Translations under genes and position numbers: made by a program
Origin: Chthoniobacteraceae bacterium
GTDB taxonomy: Bacteria; Verrucomicrobiota; Verrucomicrobiia; Chthoniobacterales; Chthoniobacteraceae
Length of the DNA stretch: 18,902 nt
NCBI GenBank assembly: GCA_031409335.1
Contig: JANNWY010000256.1
Coordinates: 1 to 18,902, forward strand
Reading direction: 5' to 3'
Notes under the pieces: generated by a model
Told to the model about the DNA's origin: nothing
What the model saw: only the letters and a program-made list of their open reading frames with translations
Databases searched by the model: none
Part shown: in pieces, positions 8,022-18,300 of the stretch
Numbering within the stretch: the stretch's first letter is position 1
Layout: every line of letters begins with the position of its first letter

Positions 8022-9374
8022 CTACGGACTCGGCCCGACTTTTTGCTGTTCGGCGCGCAGCTTGGCACGCTCCAACATCCTGGCTGCGGACGCATCGGAC
8101 GGACTCATCTCCACGGCGCGACGGAGCGGTTCGAGCGCTTCGCTAAAACGGCCCTCGAGCGCGAGGTTCGCGCCGAGGCGTTTGTAGGCCTCGGCAGAAT
8201 TGGGCTCATAGCGGATCGCCGCGCTGAACGACTCGATGGCTCCGGCACGATCGCCAAACTGCTCAAGACACATCCCGAGATTGTAATGACTCGCCGGATA
8301 ATCGGGCCGCAGCTTCAACGAGCGGCGGAAAGAGCCCGCGGCGGCTGTCGGTTGTCCTTGAGTGAATAACACGAGGCCGAGTTCAAAATGTGTTTCCGCA
8401 GAATCCGGCGCGAGTTCGAGTGCCCGGCGCAGCGCTTTTTCCGCCGCCGGATAATTCTTCTCCCGATAGCGGCCCCAACCCAGTGTCTGCCACGCCGAAG
8501 CATCGTCGGGATAATCCGCGACGGCACGCTCCAGAAGTGCCAGTGCCGGCTCGATCTCACCCCGTTTCAGCATCCGGTCCGCGCGATCGATCGACGCATC
8601 CTTGCCCGCGGCCAGCTCCGCGGTTTCGGCCAGGAGCGGGTCGGCCATCGACGGATCGGGAGGCAGGCCGGCAGCCTTGCGCGAAGCCTCGTCCGCGGCG
8701 GCGCTGTTGCCGAGACGCTGCTGGACTGTCGCGATGAGCACCTGGGAAACTTTCGCGGTGTGCGGGGAGGCGACCGAGCGTTCGAGCGATTGCAGGGCCT
8801 CCGGCAGGCGACCGCGTGCGAGGTCGAGTTTGCCTTGCGCGAGGACCGCCTGGGGATCATCGGGGTGAAGGCGCAGGACGCCCTGCAAATGCTTCTCCGC
8901 TTCATCGAGCCGTCCGCGTTCGATGAGCAAAAGCGCCAGCCGCAGCCGGGGTGCCGTCGATGCATCACCCGCCAATTCCGCCGCCCGCTCGATCTTGGGA
9001 ATGGCGGCATCGGGATCGTAAGCGAGCAGCAGGATTCCCGTAAAATAAGGCCAGCGCGGCTCGCGCGGATCGAGCGTCTCCGCCACCGCGTAAGAGGCGA
9101 CCGCCTCGCGAGGAAATTTATGCACGCGAAACACCGAGCCGAGCTGACCCCAGGCCGCGCCCGATTTTGGAGCGCCGATGACCGCGCTGCGCGCCTGCTG
9201 AATGGCCGCGGCAATTTTCGGATCGAACCCGTCGAGATTGACCTCTGGCGGCCCGGCGGCCGGGCTCTTGCGCTGGCATCCTGCACCGCCTCCGGCCAGC
9301 AAGGCGCACAAGGCCGGCAGCGTGATTTTTCGACCTGCGCCACGGAAGAGAAACTCGCTGAAAACGCGACTCAT
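8022..9374 (-). CDS. Tetratricopeptide repeat protein, possible lipoprotein
   Basis: Repeated TPR patterns (AWGQLG...A, AWQTLG...A.KALRRALELAPD, SHYNLG...A..SFSAAIRYEPN). A hydrophobic N-region ends in GAGC. The start overlaps the upstream stop (ATGA, 9371-9374). Confidence 0.9.
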   Translation of the reverse strand: MSRVFSEFLFRGAGRKITLPALCALLAGGGAGCQRKSPAAGPPEVNLDGFDPKIAAAIQQARSAVIGAPKSGAAWGQLGSVFRVHKFPREAVASYAVAETLDPREPRWPYFTGILLLAYDPDAAIPKIERAAELAGDASTAPRLRLALLLIERGRLDEAEKHLQGVLRLHPDDPQAVLAQGKLDLARGRLPEALQSLERSVASPHTAKVSQVLIATVQQRLGNSAAADEASRKAAGLPPDPSMADPLLAETAELAAGKDASIDRADRMLKRGEIEPALALLERAVADYPDDASAWQTLGWGRYREKNYPAAEKALRRALELAPDSAETHFELGLVLFTQGQPTAAAGSFRRSLKLRPDYPASHYNLGMCLEQFGDRAGAIESFSAAIRYEPNSAEAYKRLGANLALEGRFSEALEPLRRAVEMSPSDASAARMLERAKLRAEQQKVGPSP

Positions 9375-11113
9375 GGTTTCTTCGCTTTACCCTCTCCCTT
9401 GCGCACCGCAATGACTCGATCGACTTCCTGGCCGGGAAAAATTTCCACCGTGCCGTCCGGCCAGAGCACTTCCAGAGCATCAATGCGCCCGGCTTTCCCG
9501 AGCCCGAAATGCGCGCGCGGGTCGTTGCTCGACAAATAGCTCGATCCCGGATTGTACCAGCGGCTCGCCCGCCGTCCGCCTGCCTCCACGGTGATCACCG
9601 CGCCATACGCGTCGCGCCCGCCCAGCGCTGGATCGACCGCGCGCACGATCAGCCAATGACCGCGCCCCACCGCGACATTGCGATAAACACGCGCAGCCGC
9701 GGCCACGTTTGTCACCACGAGATCGAGACCGCCATCATTGTCGAGGTCGCCGGAGGCCAGCCCGCGCGCGATGCGGGCGGTGCCGCAAAACGGATCGTTG
9801 GCCTCCGAGATATCGCGAAAGCGCCCCTTGCCGTCGCTGGTGAAAAGCTGATTGCGCTGCGCGTACGGCGCCCAGAATGGACCGACCGCGGCAATCGTTT
9901 TCGCGTCGGGTTTGGTGAAGTGGTTGCGCCGCACGTCACCGTTGGCGATCGCGGAGTCCAGCGCGCCGTCATTGTCCAAATCGCCCAGCACCGTGCCGAA
10001 TCCCGTGCCATGCCAGCGCGGCGCGGCCATCCCGGAAATGGCGGTGCGATCTTGAAAAATCCCGCGCGGCGATTGCCCCCAAAGCACATGCGTCTCTTCG
10101 ATCAGATGCGCGACGAAAACATCGAAGAGTTGATCGCCATCCACGTCGCCAAGCGCGATCCCCATATTGCCCTGCGCCTGCCCGAGCGCGTTAAAAGCGA
10201 CGCCGCGCTGGAGCGCTTCATCTTTGAACTTCCCATCGTGCTGATTCATCCAGAGCCGGTTGGCCTGCCCATCGTTCGCGATGAAAATATCCGGCCAGCC
10301 ATCGCCGTCGAAATCCGCGCAAACCACGGCCAGCGCCGGTCCCGGGACCGCGCCAAGACCGGACGGCATCGTCACATCCTCGAACACGCCGGGCTTCGAC
10401 TGCCCGCCGAGATTGCGGAAAAGCTTCGAGACAGTGCCCGGCGGGAAGGCTTTCGGCCCGCAATATTCGGGCTTCCCGTTTTCGTCCACGCACGGGCGGG
10501 TGGGATCGTAATTGACGTAGTTGGCGATCACGAGATCGAGCCAGCCATCGCGGTCGTAATCGAAGAACGCCGCCGACGTACCCCAAAACGGATTGTCGAG
10601 GCCGGACTCCTTGGTGGCCTCGCGGAAAGTGCCCCGGCCCTCGTTCAGAAAGAGGCGCACTCCGGCCAGATCGGTCACCAGCACGTCCGGCCAGCCGTCG
10701 TTGTTCACATCGCCGATCGCCACGCCCATGCCGCGTCCAGCGACATCAAGGCCCGATCCCGCGCTCGCGTCGGTGAACCTGCCGTCGGATCCTTGGTGGA
10801 ACAGTTTGTTCTTGGAAGGCGAGTTCGCGCCCGCGTTCTGAATGACATAAATGTCCAGTCGTCCGTCGTTGTCGTAGTCGAACAACGCGACCCCGGAGCC
10901 AACGCTTTCCGCCATGAAATAAGTCCCGACCGGCCCGACATCGTGGACGAAGTTCACGCCGCTTTTCGCCGTGATATCTTCAAACCATGGCGCACCGGAT
11001 TCCCCTGCCCCGGATGCCTCGACGGGAACCGCTTTGCGACAACCGCTCCCGCAGGACGTTAAGACGAGCATTGTCAGCCACAGGATTTTGGAGATCGCGT
11101 CGCTTCTGGTCAT
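9371..11113 (-). CDS. CRTAC1-family (FG-GAP + ASPIC/UnbV) protein, probable lipoprotein
   Basis: WFEDITAKSGVNFVH, GSGVALFDYDNDGRLDIY, multiple DxDxDG repeats and a C-terminal SYLSSNDPRAHFGLG...VLWPDG. The start was moved from 11482 to the ATG at 11113 (MTRSDAISKILWLTMLVLTSC, lipobox-like LTSC) because the upstream extension looks non-coding. Confidence 0.9.
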   Translation of the reverse strand: MTRSDAISKILWLTMLVLTSCGSGCRKAVPVEASGAGESGAPWFEDITAKSGVNFVHDVGPVGTYFMAESVGSGVALFDYDNDGRLDIYVIQNAGANSPSKNKLFHQGSDGRFTDASAGSGLDVAGRGMGVAIGDVNNDGWPDVLVTDLAGVRLFLNEGRGTFREATKESGLDNPFWGTSAAFFDYDRDGWLDLVIANYVNYDPTRPCVDENGKPEYCGPKAFPPGTVSKLFRNLGGQSKPGVFEDVTMPSGLGAVPGPALAVVCADFDGDGWPDIFIANDGQANRLWMNQHDGKFKDEALQRGVAFNALGQAQGNMGIALGDVDGDQLFDVFVAHLIEETHVLWGQSPRGIFQDRTAISGMAAPRWHGTGFGTVLGDLDNDGALDSAIANGDVRRNHFTKPDAKTIAAVGPFWAPYAQRNQLFTSDGKGRFRDISEANDPFCGTARIARGLASGDLDNDGGLDLVVTNVAAAARVYRNVAVGRGHWLIVRAVDPALGGRDAYGAVITVEAGGRRASRWYNPGSSYLSSNDPRAHFGLGKAGRIDALEVLWPDGTVEIFPGQEVDRVIAVRKGEGKAKKP

Positions 11114-11484
11114 CGCGGAAATGTGGGTTGGGAAAAAAGAAGAAATAAGAAAGAGGTCGGGAGTATTTCCGCACTTTCGTGACCGACTGCAGCGCGCGCG
11201 TTCTCGTCCATACCGGGGAAAAACATCAAGAATATTCGCCTGGACCCGTTCCCGTGCCAGGCAGGCCGCTGCCATGAGGTCCGCCTCGCGCGCGCGCGCG
11301 AAATGCAGCGCACCCATCCGCACTGGCCCCAACTGGCTAACGTTTGCAACTTTGCTGCTTCGCTCCAAATTCCAAAGTGCATGACAAGCTCGCGTGCTGG
11401 AAAAAGCCAAGGGAATAAAAATGACGGCTGACTCATCACATACCCGAACTCGTATCCACAGCCCAATCATATCCATATCCATTC

Positions 11485-12243
11485 ATGAGAAAATCATCTT
11501 CCAATCCGATCCATTTCCGCGCAGCGAACACGATGCCGCTTCAGTCGGCATCCTTGGAATCTGGCACTTTCGGGGCTGCACTAGTGGGTGTCAGTCAAAG
11601 CCACCGATCCGTATGGACCCGGCTACACATGGCCGCGCCTGCGTGGCGCTATGCCATCCCGGCGCGCGTCTGCGCGCTCGGTGCCATGCTAGTCAGCGTC
11701 GTCTCCGCGAGTGCCATGATGTCGGATGATGATGCTACACCGCTCATGATGGATTCCGACGCTGGCAGCGAGGCATTCCTGCCCGCCGCCATCGTTTCGG
11801 CCGCGCCTCCGATCGCGCTGGCTGAGTATGCCCGCGCAGGCTTTCAAGCGGTGCTATCGACCCGTGCGCACGGAGTGCGCGGCACGGTGACCATTGTCGA
11901 TGCCGATACATTCCGCGTGGATAACTTCTTCTACGATGGCGGCGGCATTGCCGTTTACTTCATCCTAGCCGGCTCAGATAGTAACAACGATTTCCGAAAC
12001 AATCGACTAGTTACCGATCTCAACCTCCTTGGAACAGCTTACAACGGAGGCTCCCTGACGATTGATCTTCCATCCGGCACGACCTTCGATGGGTATAACG
12101 CAATCTCGCTATGGTGTCTCCCCGCCGGGGCGAATTTCGGTTCCGGCACTTTCGCGGCTCCGGTGCCAGAGCCTGCGAGCGCCAGCATGTTAGCCCTCGG
12201 TGCGATGACGCTGGGACTCTCGTTGCGCCGTCACCGACGGTAG
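11485..12243 (+). CDS. PEP-CTERM protein with a DM13 domain
   Basis: DM13-like core HGVRGTVTIVDADTFRVDNFFYDG...LTIDLPSG...AISLWC...NFG; C-terminal VPEPASASMLALGAMTLGLSLRRHRR. The start is uncertain, since the signal-like helix ends at …VVSASA about 75 aa into the ORF. Confidence 0.82.
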   Translation: MRKSSSNPIHFRAANTMPLQSASLESGTFGAALVGVSQSHRSVWTRLHMAAPAWRYAIPARVCALGAMLVSVVSASAMMSDDDATPLMMDSDAGSEAFLPAAIVSAAPPIALAEYARAGFQAVLSTRAHGVRGTVTIVDADTFRVDNFFYDGGGIAVYFILAGSDSNNDFRNNRLVTDLNLLGTAYNGGSLTIDLPSGTTFDGYNAISLWCLPAGANFGSGTFAAPVPEPASASMLALGAMTLGLSLRRHRR

Positions 12244-12387
12244 AACTAGCACCCATTTCAACGTGATCGGAATCCGCGCTTCCGAAGCTCCCGCGCGACT
12301 CATGGCGTGGGGGTGCCAATCGTCCCGCCTCGCTGGCCTGCGCATTCACAGATTGCTATTGCAGCCTCCGCTTCGCACCCTTTGCCG

Positions 12388-13887
12388 ATGCGCATTCTCC
12401 TCATCGCCTTCGCATTCGGTGCAGCTCTTCCCTTCTCCGCTCCAGCGGAGTTTCGCGCCGCGTTTGCCGAGCGCGACATCACGCCGGACATCGGCATGGA
12501 AGTGCCAGGTGGCTATGGCAAGGGTTTCTCGAAACGCATTCACGATCCGTGCAAAGTGCGGGCGGTTGTTTTCGATGATGGGAAGCGCGAGGTCGCGCTC
12601 GTCGGTCTCGATGCGCTCGTCGTGCCGCGCGGGCTCGTGCTGGAGGTGCGCAAGCGCCTTCACGAACGGTGCGGCATCGCACCGGAGGCGGTGCTGATTG
12701 GCGCGTCGCATTCGCATTCATCGGGGCCGACCGGGATGACCCTGCCGGGAGAATACGATCACGCATCGCCGCTCGTACAGGAGCTGGCTTACAAAAAATC
12801 CTCCGCCGCGGACGCTGGCTACCTCGTGAAAGTGCGCGACGCGATCGTGGATGCCGTCGCCGCCGCGCACGATGCGCGCATGGTCGCGACCGCGGGCTTC
12901 GGTACCGGGCGTGAAGATCAGGTCGCGTTCAATCGCCGCATCCGCATGAAACATGGCCTGAGCTTTTCGCATCCCGGAAAGGGCAATCCCGACAACGTGG
13001 AATTCGCGGGACCGACCGATCCCGAAGTCGGCGTGATCGGCGCGTGGAATCCCGACGGGAAGCTGCTCGGCTGCGTCGTCAATTTTTCCTGCCACGCGAC
13101 CGCCAGCGGCCCGTGGGTCAGCGCGAATTGGATCTATTACATGGAGCGCGCGATTCAGGGATTCTTCGGCGCGGACGCGAAAGTGGTCTTCCTGCAAGGC
13201 GCGTGCGGCGACGTGACGCAGGTGAACAATCTCGATCCGCACGAGAATCCCGAGCGCGACGCCTGGTCGCAATTTGTCGGCGGCCGCGTCGGTGCGGAAG
13301 CGGTGAAAGTGCTGCTCGGCATGTCGCAGACGCGCACCGCGGATGTGGCGATCGATGCCAGGGCGAAAACCTGGAGCATTCCCCGCCGCAAGCCAGATCC
13401 CGAGCGCGTAAAGGCCGCGCTCGCACTCGTGCAAAAACCGGAAAAGGACGCGGGCGCAGACTGGGTCTGGGCAAAGGAAACGGTGATGCTCGACGCGCTG
13501 ATCGCCAAGTCACCGAGCGTCGAAGCGGAAGCGCAGGCGATCCAAATCGGGCCGGTGGTTTGCGTCGCGGTGCCCGCGGAATATTTCTGCCAGTATGGGC
13601 TGGAGATGAAGGCTGGGAGCGGCTTCCCGATGACCTTCCCCGTCGAGCTGGCGAATGGCTGCGTGGGCTACGTGCCGACCGAGGAAGCCTTCGGCGAACG
13701 CGGCGGCGGCTACGAAACACGCCTCACCAGCTACAGCAATCTGGAGATCACAGCAGGCACGCAGTTTCGGGTGGAAGGCGTCGCGCTGGCGAAAACCATG
13801 AAGCCCGCACCGCTGCTGAAACGGCCAATGGCTCCGCCGTTCAATCAGCCGTGGTCCTACGGAAATGTGCCGCCGCAGGTGAAGTGA
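12388..13887 (+). CDS. Secreted neutral/alkaline ceramidase-like metallo-amidohydrolase (paralog 1)
   Basis: Motifs DITP, ASHSHSSGP, FNRR, NFSCH, LQGACGD and ELANGCVGYVPT...GGYE. The ATG at 12388 gives the signal peptide MRILLIAFAFGAALPFSAPA. Confidence 0.8.
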   Translation: MRILLIAFAFGAALPFSAPAEFRAAFAERDITPDIGMEVPGGYGKGFSKRIHDPCKVRAVVFDDGKREVALVGLDALVVPRGLVLEVRKRLHERCGIAPEAVLIGASHSHSSGPTGMTLPGEYDHASPLVQELAYKKSSAADAGYLVKVRDAIVDAVAAAHDARMVATAGFGTGREDQVAFNRRIRMKHGLSFSHPGKGNPDNVEFAGPTDPEVGVIGAWNPDGKLLGCVVNFSCHATASGPWVSANWIYYMERAIQGFFGADAKVVFLQGACGDVTQVNNLDPHENPERDAWSQFVGGRVGAEAVKVLLGMSQTRTADVAIDARAKTWSIPRRKPDPERVKAALALVQKPEKDAGADWVWAKETVMLDALIAKSPSVEAEAQAIQIGPVVCVAVPAEYFCQYGLEMKAGSGFPMTFPVELANGCVGYVPTEEAFGERGGGYETRLTSYSNLEITAGTQFRVEGVALAKTMKPAPLLKRPMAPPFNQPWSYGNVPPQVK

Positions 13888-13949
13888 ACGGGCAGAATCG
13901 TGCAGTGCGATTCCACTAATTTCCGCCACCCGCTTTCGTTTCTATTCCC

Positions 13950-15323
13950 ATGAGCCGTTTCTTTCTCGTCCGCCTCACCGTGATTTTTACGACGCTCCTC
14001 CCCACAGCTTTTGCGGGAGAACTTCGCGTCGGCGCGGCGGAAAAAATCATCACGCCGCCGCCCGGCACACCGCTCGCCGGTTACTACGGGATGCGCGCTT
14101 CCGCCGGGGTGCTCGACGATATATTTGCGAAGGCGCTCGTCTTCGAGCAGGACGGCGCAAAGGCGGCGATCGTCATTTGCGACCTCATCAGCCTGCCGCG
14201 CCACACCGTCGTGGACGCGCGGGCATTGATCGAAAAACAAACCGGGATCGCCGACGTGCTGCTCGCCGCCACGCACACGCACACCGCGCCGGTGCTCAAT
14301 CGCGAGAGCAGCATGGATGAACTCGTCGGCGGCACTTCGGACCTCAGCCGCTCGTACACCGCGCAGCTCCCCGCGCTCATCGCCGAGGCCGTCGCGAAGG
14401 CCCACGCGCAACTCGCGCCAGCACGCGCGTTCGCCGCGAAAGGCCGCGTCGAGAATCTCGCGTTCAACCGCCGCTTCTGGATGGATGACGGCACGGTCTC
14501 GTGGAACCCGGGAAAGCAAAGCACCGCGCGCATCCTCGCGCCCGCCGGACCGCACGATCCCGAAATCGGCATGCTGTATTTTGCGGACACCGCGGAAAAG
14601 GCGGTCGGATGTTTCGTGAATTACGCGATGCACCCGGACACGACTGGCGGGCTGAAAATTTCCGCGGACTATCAGGGCGTGGTCGCGCGCCGGCTTGGCG
14701 AGATGTTTTCCCCGGCGATGACCACGCTCGTCGCAAATGGCGCGTGCGGAAATCTCAACCATGTCAACGTCTGGTGGCTCGCGCCGCAGACCAGTCCGGG
14801 CGAAGCCGTCCGGCTTGGCAATATCCTCGCCGGTGCGGTGAGCGAGGCCTGGCCGCGGCTCGCGGTGGTGAAAGCGGGATCGCTCCGCGCGCGCCGCGAG
14901 ATGGTAAAACTCGCGCTCCCGGAAATCACCGAAGCCGATCGTGCTGCCGCGCGCGCGACGGCACGCCGCGCGAGTGAGGCGAAGTTTATGGAACAGGTGC
15001 AGACCTTCAAAGTGCTCGATGTGCTCGAACGCGAGGGCAAGCCATGGGAAGTCGAAGTGCAGGTCATCGCGCTCGGCGACGAAGTGGCGTTCGTCTCGCT
15101 GCCTGGCGAAATTTTCGTCGAACTCGGCCTCGCCATCAAAGCCGCGTCGCCCTTCAAACACACGCAGATCATCGAACTCGCGAATGGCTCGATCGGCTAC
15201 ATCCCAAACCGCAGCGCATATCCCGAAGGCAACTACGAAGTCGTCAGCGCGCGCTGCGCCGCTGGCAGCGGCGAGCAACTCGTCGAGGCGGCGTTGCGGA
15301 TGCTCAAAGAATTGAAGCCATGA
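13950..15323 (+). CDS. Secreted neutral/alkaline ceramidase-like metallo-amidohydrolase (paralog 2)
   Basis: Signal peptide (…PTAFA); motifs IITP, ATHTHTAP, FNRR, NYAMHP, NGACGN, LPGEIF and ELANGSIGYIP...GNYE. Confidence 0.85.
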   Translation: MSRFFLVRLTVIFTTLLPTAFAGELRVGAAEKIITPPPGTPLAGYYGMRASAGVLDDIFAKALVFEQDGAKAAIVICDLISLPRHTVVDARALIEKQTGIADVLLAATHTHTAPVLNRESSMDELVGGTSDLSRSYTAQLPALIAEAVAKAHAQLAPARAFAAKGRVENLAFNRRFWMDDGTVSWNPGKQSTARILAPAGPHDPEIGMLYFADTAEKAVGCFVNYAMHPDTTGGLKISADYQGVVARRLGEMFSPAMTTLVANGACGNLNHVNVWWLAPQTSPGEAVRLGNILAGAVSEAWPRLAVVKAGSLRARREMVKLALPEITEADRAAARATARRASEAKFMEQVQTFKVLDVLEREGKPWEVEVQVIALGDEVAFVSLPGEIFVELGLAIKAASPFKHTQIIELANGSIGYIPNRSAYPEGNYEVVSARCAAGSGEQLVEAALRMLKELKP

Positions 15324-18300
15324 GCGCGCGCCGCGCTGCGATCCTCGGGTGGCTCACGGTTTCGCTGTCCGCAGTCGCTGGCGATCTGGCGGTCGGCGTC
15401 GCGCAGGTGGACATCACGCCGGACTATCCGGTGCGCCTCAGCGGCTTCGGTTTCCGGCGCGCGGAATCGGAAGGCATCGCGCAACGCATCTGGGCCAAAG
15501 CCATCGCTTTTGCCGATGAGCAAAACGGCCCCGCGATCCTCATCACCACCGACAATCTCGGCGTGGCCGATGAGATCACTCGCGCCGTTGCGGAGCGACT
15601 GGCGAAGATCGGCCTCCGCCGCGAGCGGCTGACCATCACCGCTTCCCACACGCACACCGCACCCATGTTGCGCGGCGTTGCACCAACGCTTTTTGGCGCG
15701 GCGATTCCCGAGGAGCATCAGGCAAACATCGATCGCTACACGCGGGAGTTTACCGACCATCTCGAAAGGGTCGCGCTCGCCGCGGTGAAGGATGCGCGGC
15801 CGGCGAAAGTCGAGTGGGGCATCGGCCGTGTCGGCTTCGCGAAGAACCGGCGCACACCGGGCGGCCCAGTCGATCACGATCTACCGCTGCTCGTCGTGCG
15901 TGGCGCCGATGGAAAAGTGCGCGCGGTCTGGTTCACCTACGCCTGCCACTGCGTGACGCTCGCGACCAATCTCGTCAGCGGCGACTGGGCGGGCTTCGCG
16001 CAGGATGCGATCCAACGCGAGTTCCCCGGCGCGGTCGCGCTGATGTCCGCAGGATGTGGCGCGGATGCGAATCCGGAAGCGCGCGACACCGCGGCGATCG
16101 CTGGCAATCAGGGAGGGCAGATCGCGGATGAAGTGAAGCGCCTGCTCACCACATCGCTCACGCCGATCACCGCTGCGCCGCTGATGAAATTCGCGCGCAT
16201 CGACCTCGCCTTCGACACACCGCGCACCCGCGCCGGGTGGGAGGAGCGCGCCAAAAGCACCGACGCCATCGGCCATCATGCCCGCGTGAATCTCGCGCGA
16301 CTCGATCGCGGCGAAACGCTTCCAACCAACATCGACTACCCAATCCAGACGTGGCGCTTCGCAGATCAACTCGCGTTCGTCTTCCTCCCTGGCGAAGTCG
16401 TCGTGGACTATTCGCTGCGGATGAAGCGCGAGTTCGATCGCACGCGGCTCGCCATCATCGCCTACGCAAACGATGCGCCGTGTTACATCCCTAGCGAGCG
16501 CGTGCTAAAAGAAGGCGGATACGAAGGCGGCGACGCGATGATTTACTACGACCGACCGCAAAAGTTTGCGTCCGGCCTTGAGCAGAAAATCATCGACGCG
16601 GTCCACGCGCAGTTGCCCGCGGGCTTCGCACCGAAGCGCGGAACGGAGGGAACGCATCCGCTTTCGCCCGACGAATCGCTGCGCTGCATCCGCACGAAAC
16701 CCGACCTCGAATTACAGCTCGTCGCCGCCGAGCCGCTGGTGCAATCGCCAGTCGCGATCGACTGGGACGCGCGCGGGCGGCTGTGGGTTTGCGAGATGTT
16801 CGATTACCCGACCGGCGTCGATGAAAAGTGGAAGGCCGGCGGGCGGATCAAGATTCTATCGGACTCGGACGGCGACGGGCGTTTCGACAAGGCGACCGTT
16901 TTCCTCGACGCGCTCCCCTTCCCCACGGGCGTCATGGCGTGGCGAAAAGGCGCGCTGATTTGCGCTGCACCCGACATCCTTTATGCCGAAGACACCGATG
17001 GCGACGATCGCGCCGATGTGGTGAAAAAGCTCTTCACTGGATTCGAGACCGACAACTACCAAGCGCGCGTCAACGGTCTCTCGCTCGGGCTCGACAATTG
17101 GATTCACGGTGCAAACGGCCTGCTCGGCGGGAAGATTCGCGGCGGCGCGATTGCTGGCGCGATCAACATTCGCGGTCGGGATTTCCGCATGAACCCCGAC
17201 ACTGGCGCGTTCGAACCCGTTGCCGGACTCACCCAGCACGGACGCGTGCGCGACGACTGGGGCCACTGGTTCGGCTGCGAAAACGGTCGCGCGCTTTTCC
17301 ATTTCCCGCTCCCCGAGCACTACGCGCGGCGCAACCCGAAAGTCGCTGCGCCGGCACCAAGCGTGAATGTGCCCGCGTATCCCGATGCAAATCGCGTCTT
17401 TGCGATCAGCAAACCCGTCGAGCGCTTCAACGATCCCGCCGCGGCTGGGCACGTCACGTCCGGATGCGGAGTCGGCATCTATCGCGACACGCTGCTTGCC
17501 GGGCTGAATGGCAATGCCTTCACCTGCGAGCCCGTACACAATCTCGTGCATCGCGAAGTGCTCGCGACCGATGGCGTCACCTTCACCAGCCAGCGCGCCA
17601 ACGACGAAAAGGCCACCGAGTTTCTCGCCAGCACGGACAATTGGTTCCGCCCCGTGCAAGCGCGCACCGGCCCGGATGGCGCGCTCTACATCGTGGACAT
17701 GTATCGCTTTCTCATCGAACACCCGCGCTGGATCGCCGCGGAACGCCTCGCACAAATCGACCTGCGCGCAGGCTCCGGGATGGGCCGCATCTACCGCGTC
17801 GTCCCGAAAGGCCAGCCGCTCCGCACGGTGCGCGATCTCACAAAACTGAACGCCGCGGAACTCGCCGCCGCGCTCGACTCACCGAACGGCACCGACCGCG
17901 ACCGCGCGCATCTCGAACTGCTCCAAGTAGGACAGGCGCCCCGCCTGTTAGAAGTCGGGCAGGCGCCTCGCCTGCCCGAAGTCCGCGTCCAAGCCCTCTG
18001 CATCCTCGACGGCCTCAACGCCCTCACCCCCGCACTCCTCGCAAACGCCCTCGCCGACCCGCACCCGCGCGTGCGCGAACATGCCGTGCGCCTGTGCGAA
18101 ACATTTAGCACTGACGAATCCCTGCGCCGCGCGCTCCCCGCGCTCGCGAACGACCCCGACCGCGGCGTGCGCTACCAGCTCGCGCTCACGCTCGGTGAAT
18201 GCGACGACCCAAGCACTGGCAAAGCGCTCGCCATGCTCGCCGCTTCGCCCGACGCCAAGCTCCCGTATTTCCGCGCCGCCCTGCTCAGCTCCGCCCCACG

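Noticed and set aside
7572..8187. Small ORFs over the inverted-repeat element (e.g. FKLQTPN/FKLQTSN peptides)
   Set aside because: The peptides are simply translations of the heptamer arrays on both strands, with no transposase or other domain signature.
9509..11062. 517-aa plus-strand ORF (also 8388-9539 and 13857-15278)
   Set aside because: These are antisense shadows of the well-supported CRTAC1, TPR and ceramidase-like genes.
11333..11349. Sigma-54-like TGGC...TTGC upstream of the DM13 PEP-CTERM gene
   Set aside because: The GG-to-GC spacing is 9 nt rather than the required 10. No correctly spaced motif was found at 5215-5503 either.
11114..11482. 123-aa N-terminal extension of the CRTAC1 ORF given in the ORF track
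   Set aside because: Its composition is atypical, it would leave only 2 bp for two divergent promoters, and a lipoprotein-like signal begins at the ATG at 11113.
13897..13915. Small hairpin GAATCG...CGATTC between ceramidase-like paralogs 1 and 2
   Set aside because: The stem is short and weak with no adjacent U-tract, so there is too little support for a terminator or repeat.
17925..17983. Possible mini-CRISPR array (27-bp palindromic repeats)
   Set aside because: The units are directly adjacent with no spacers, lie inside a CDS, and there are no cas genes in the window.
16828..18108. 426-aa Arg-rich plus-strand ORF and other small ORFs beyond 15320
   Set aside because: These are alternative frames overlapping the real CDS that starts at 15320 and carries all the conserved motifs.
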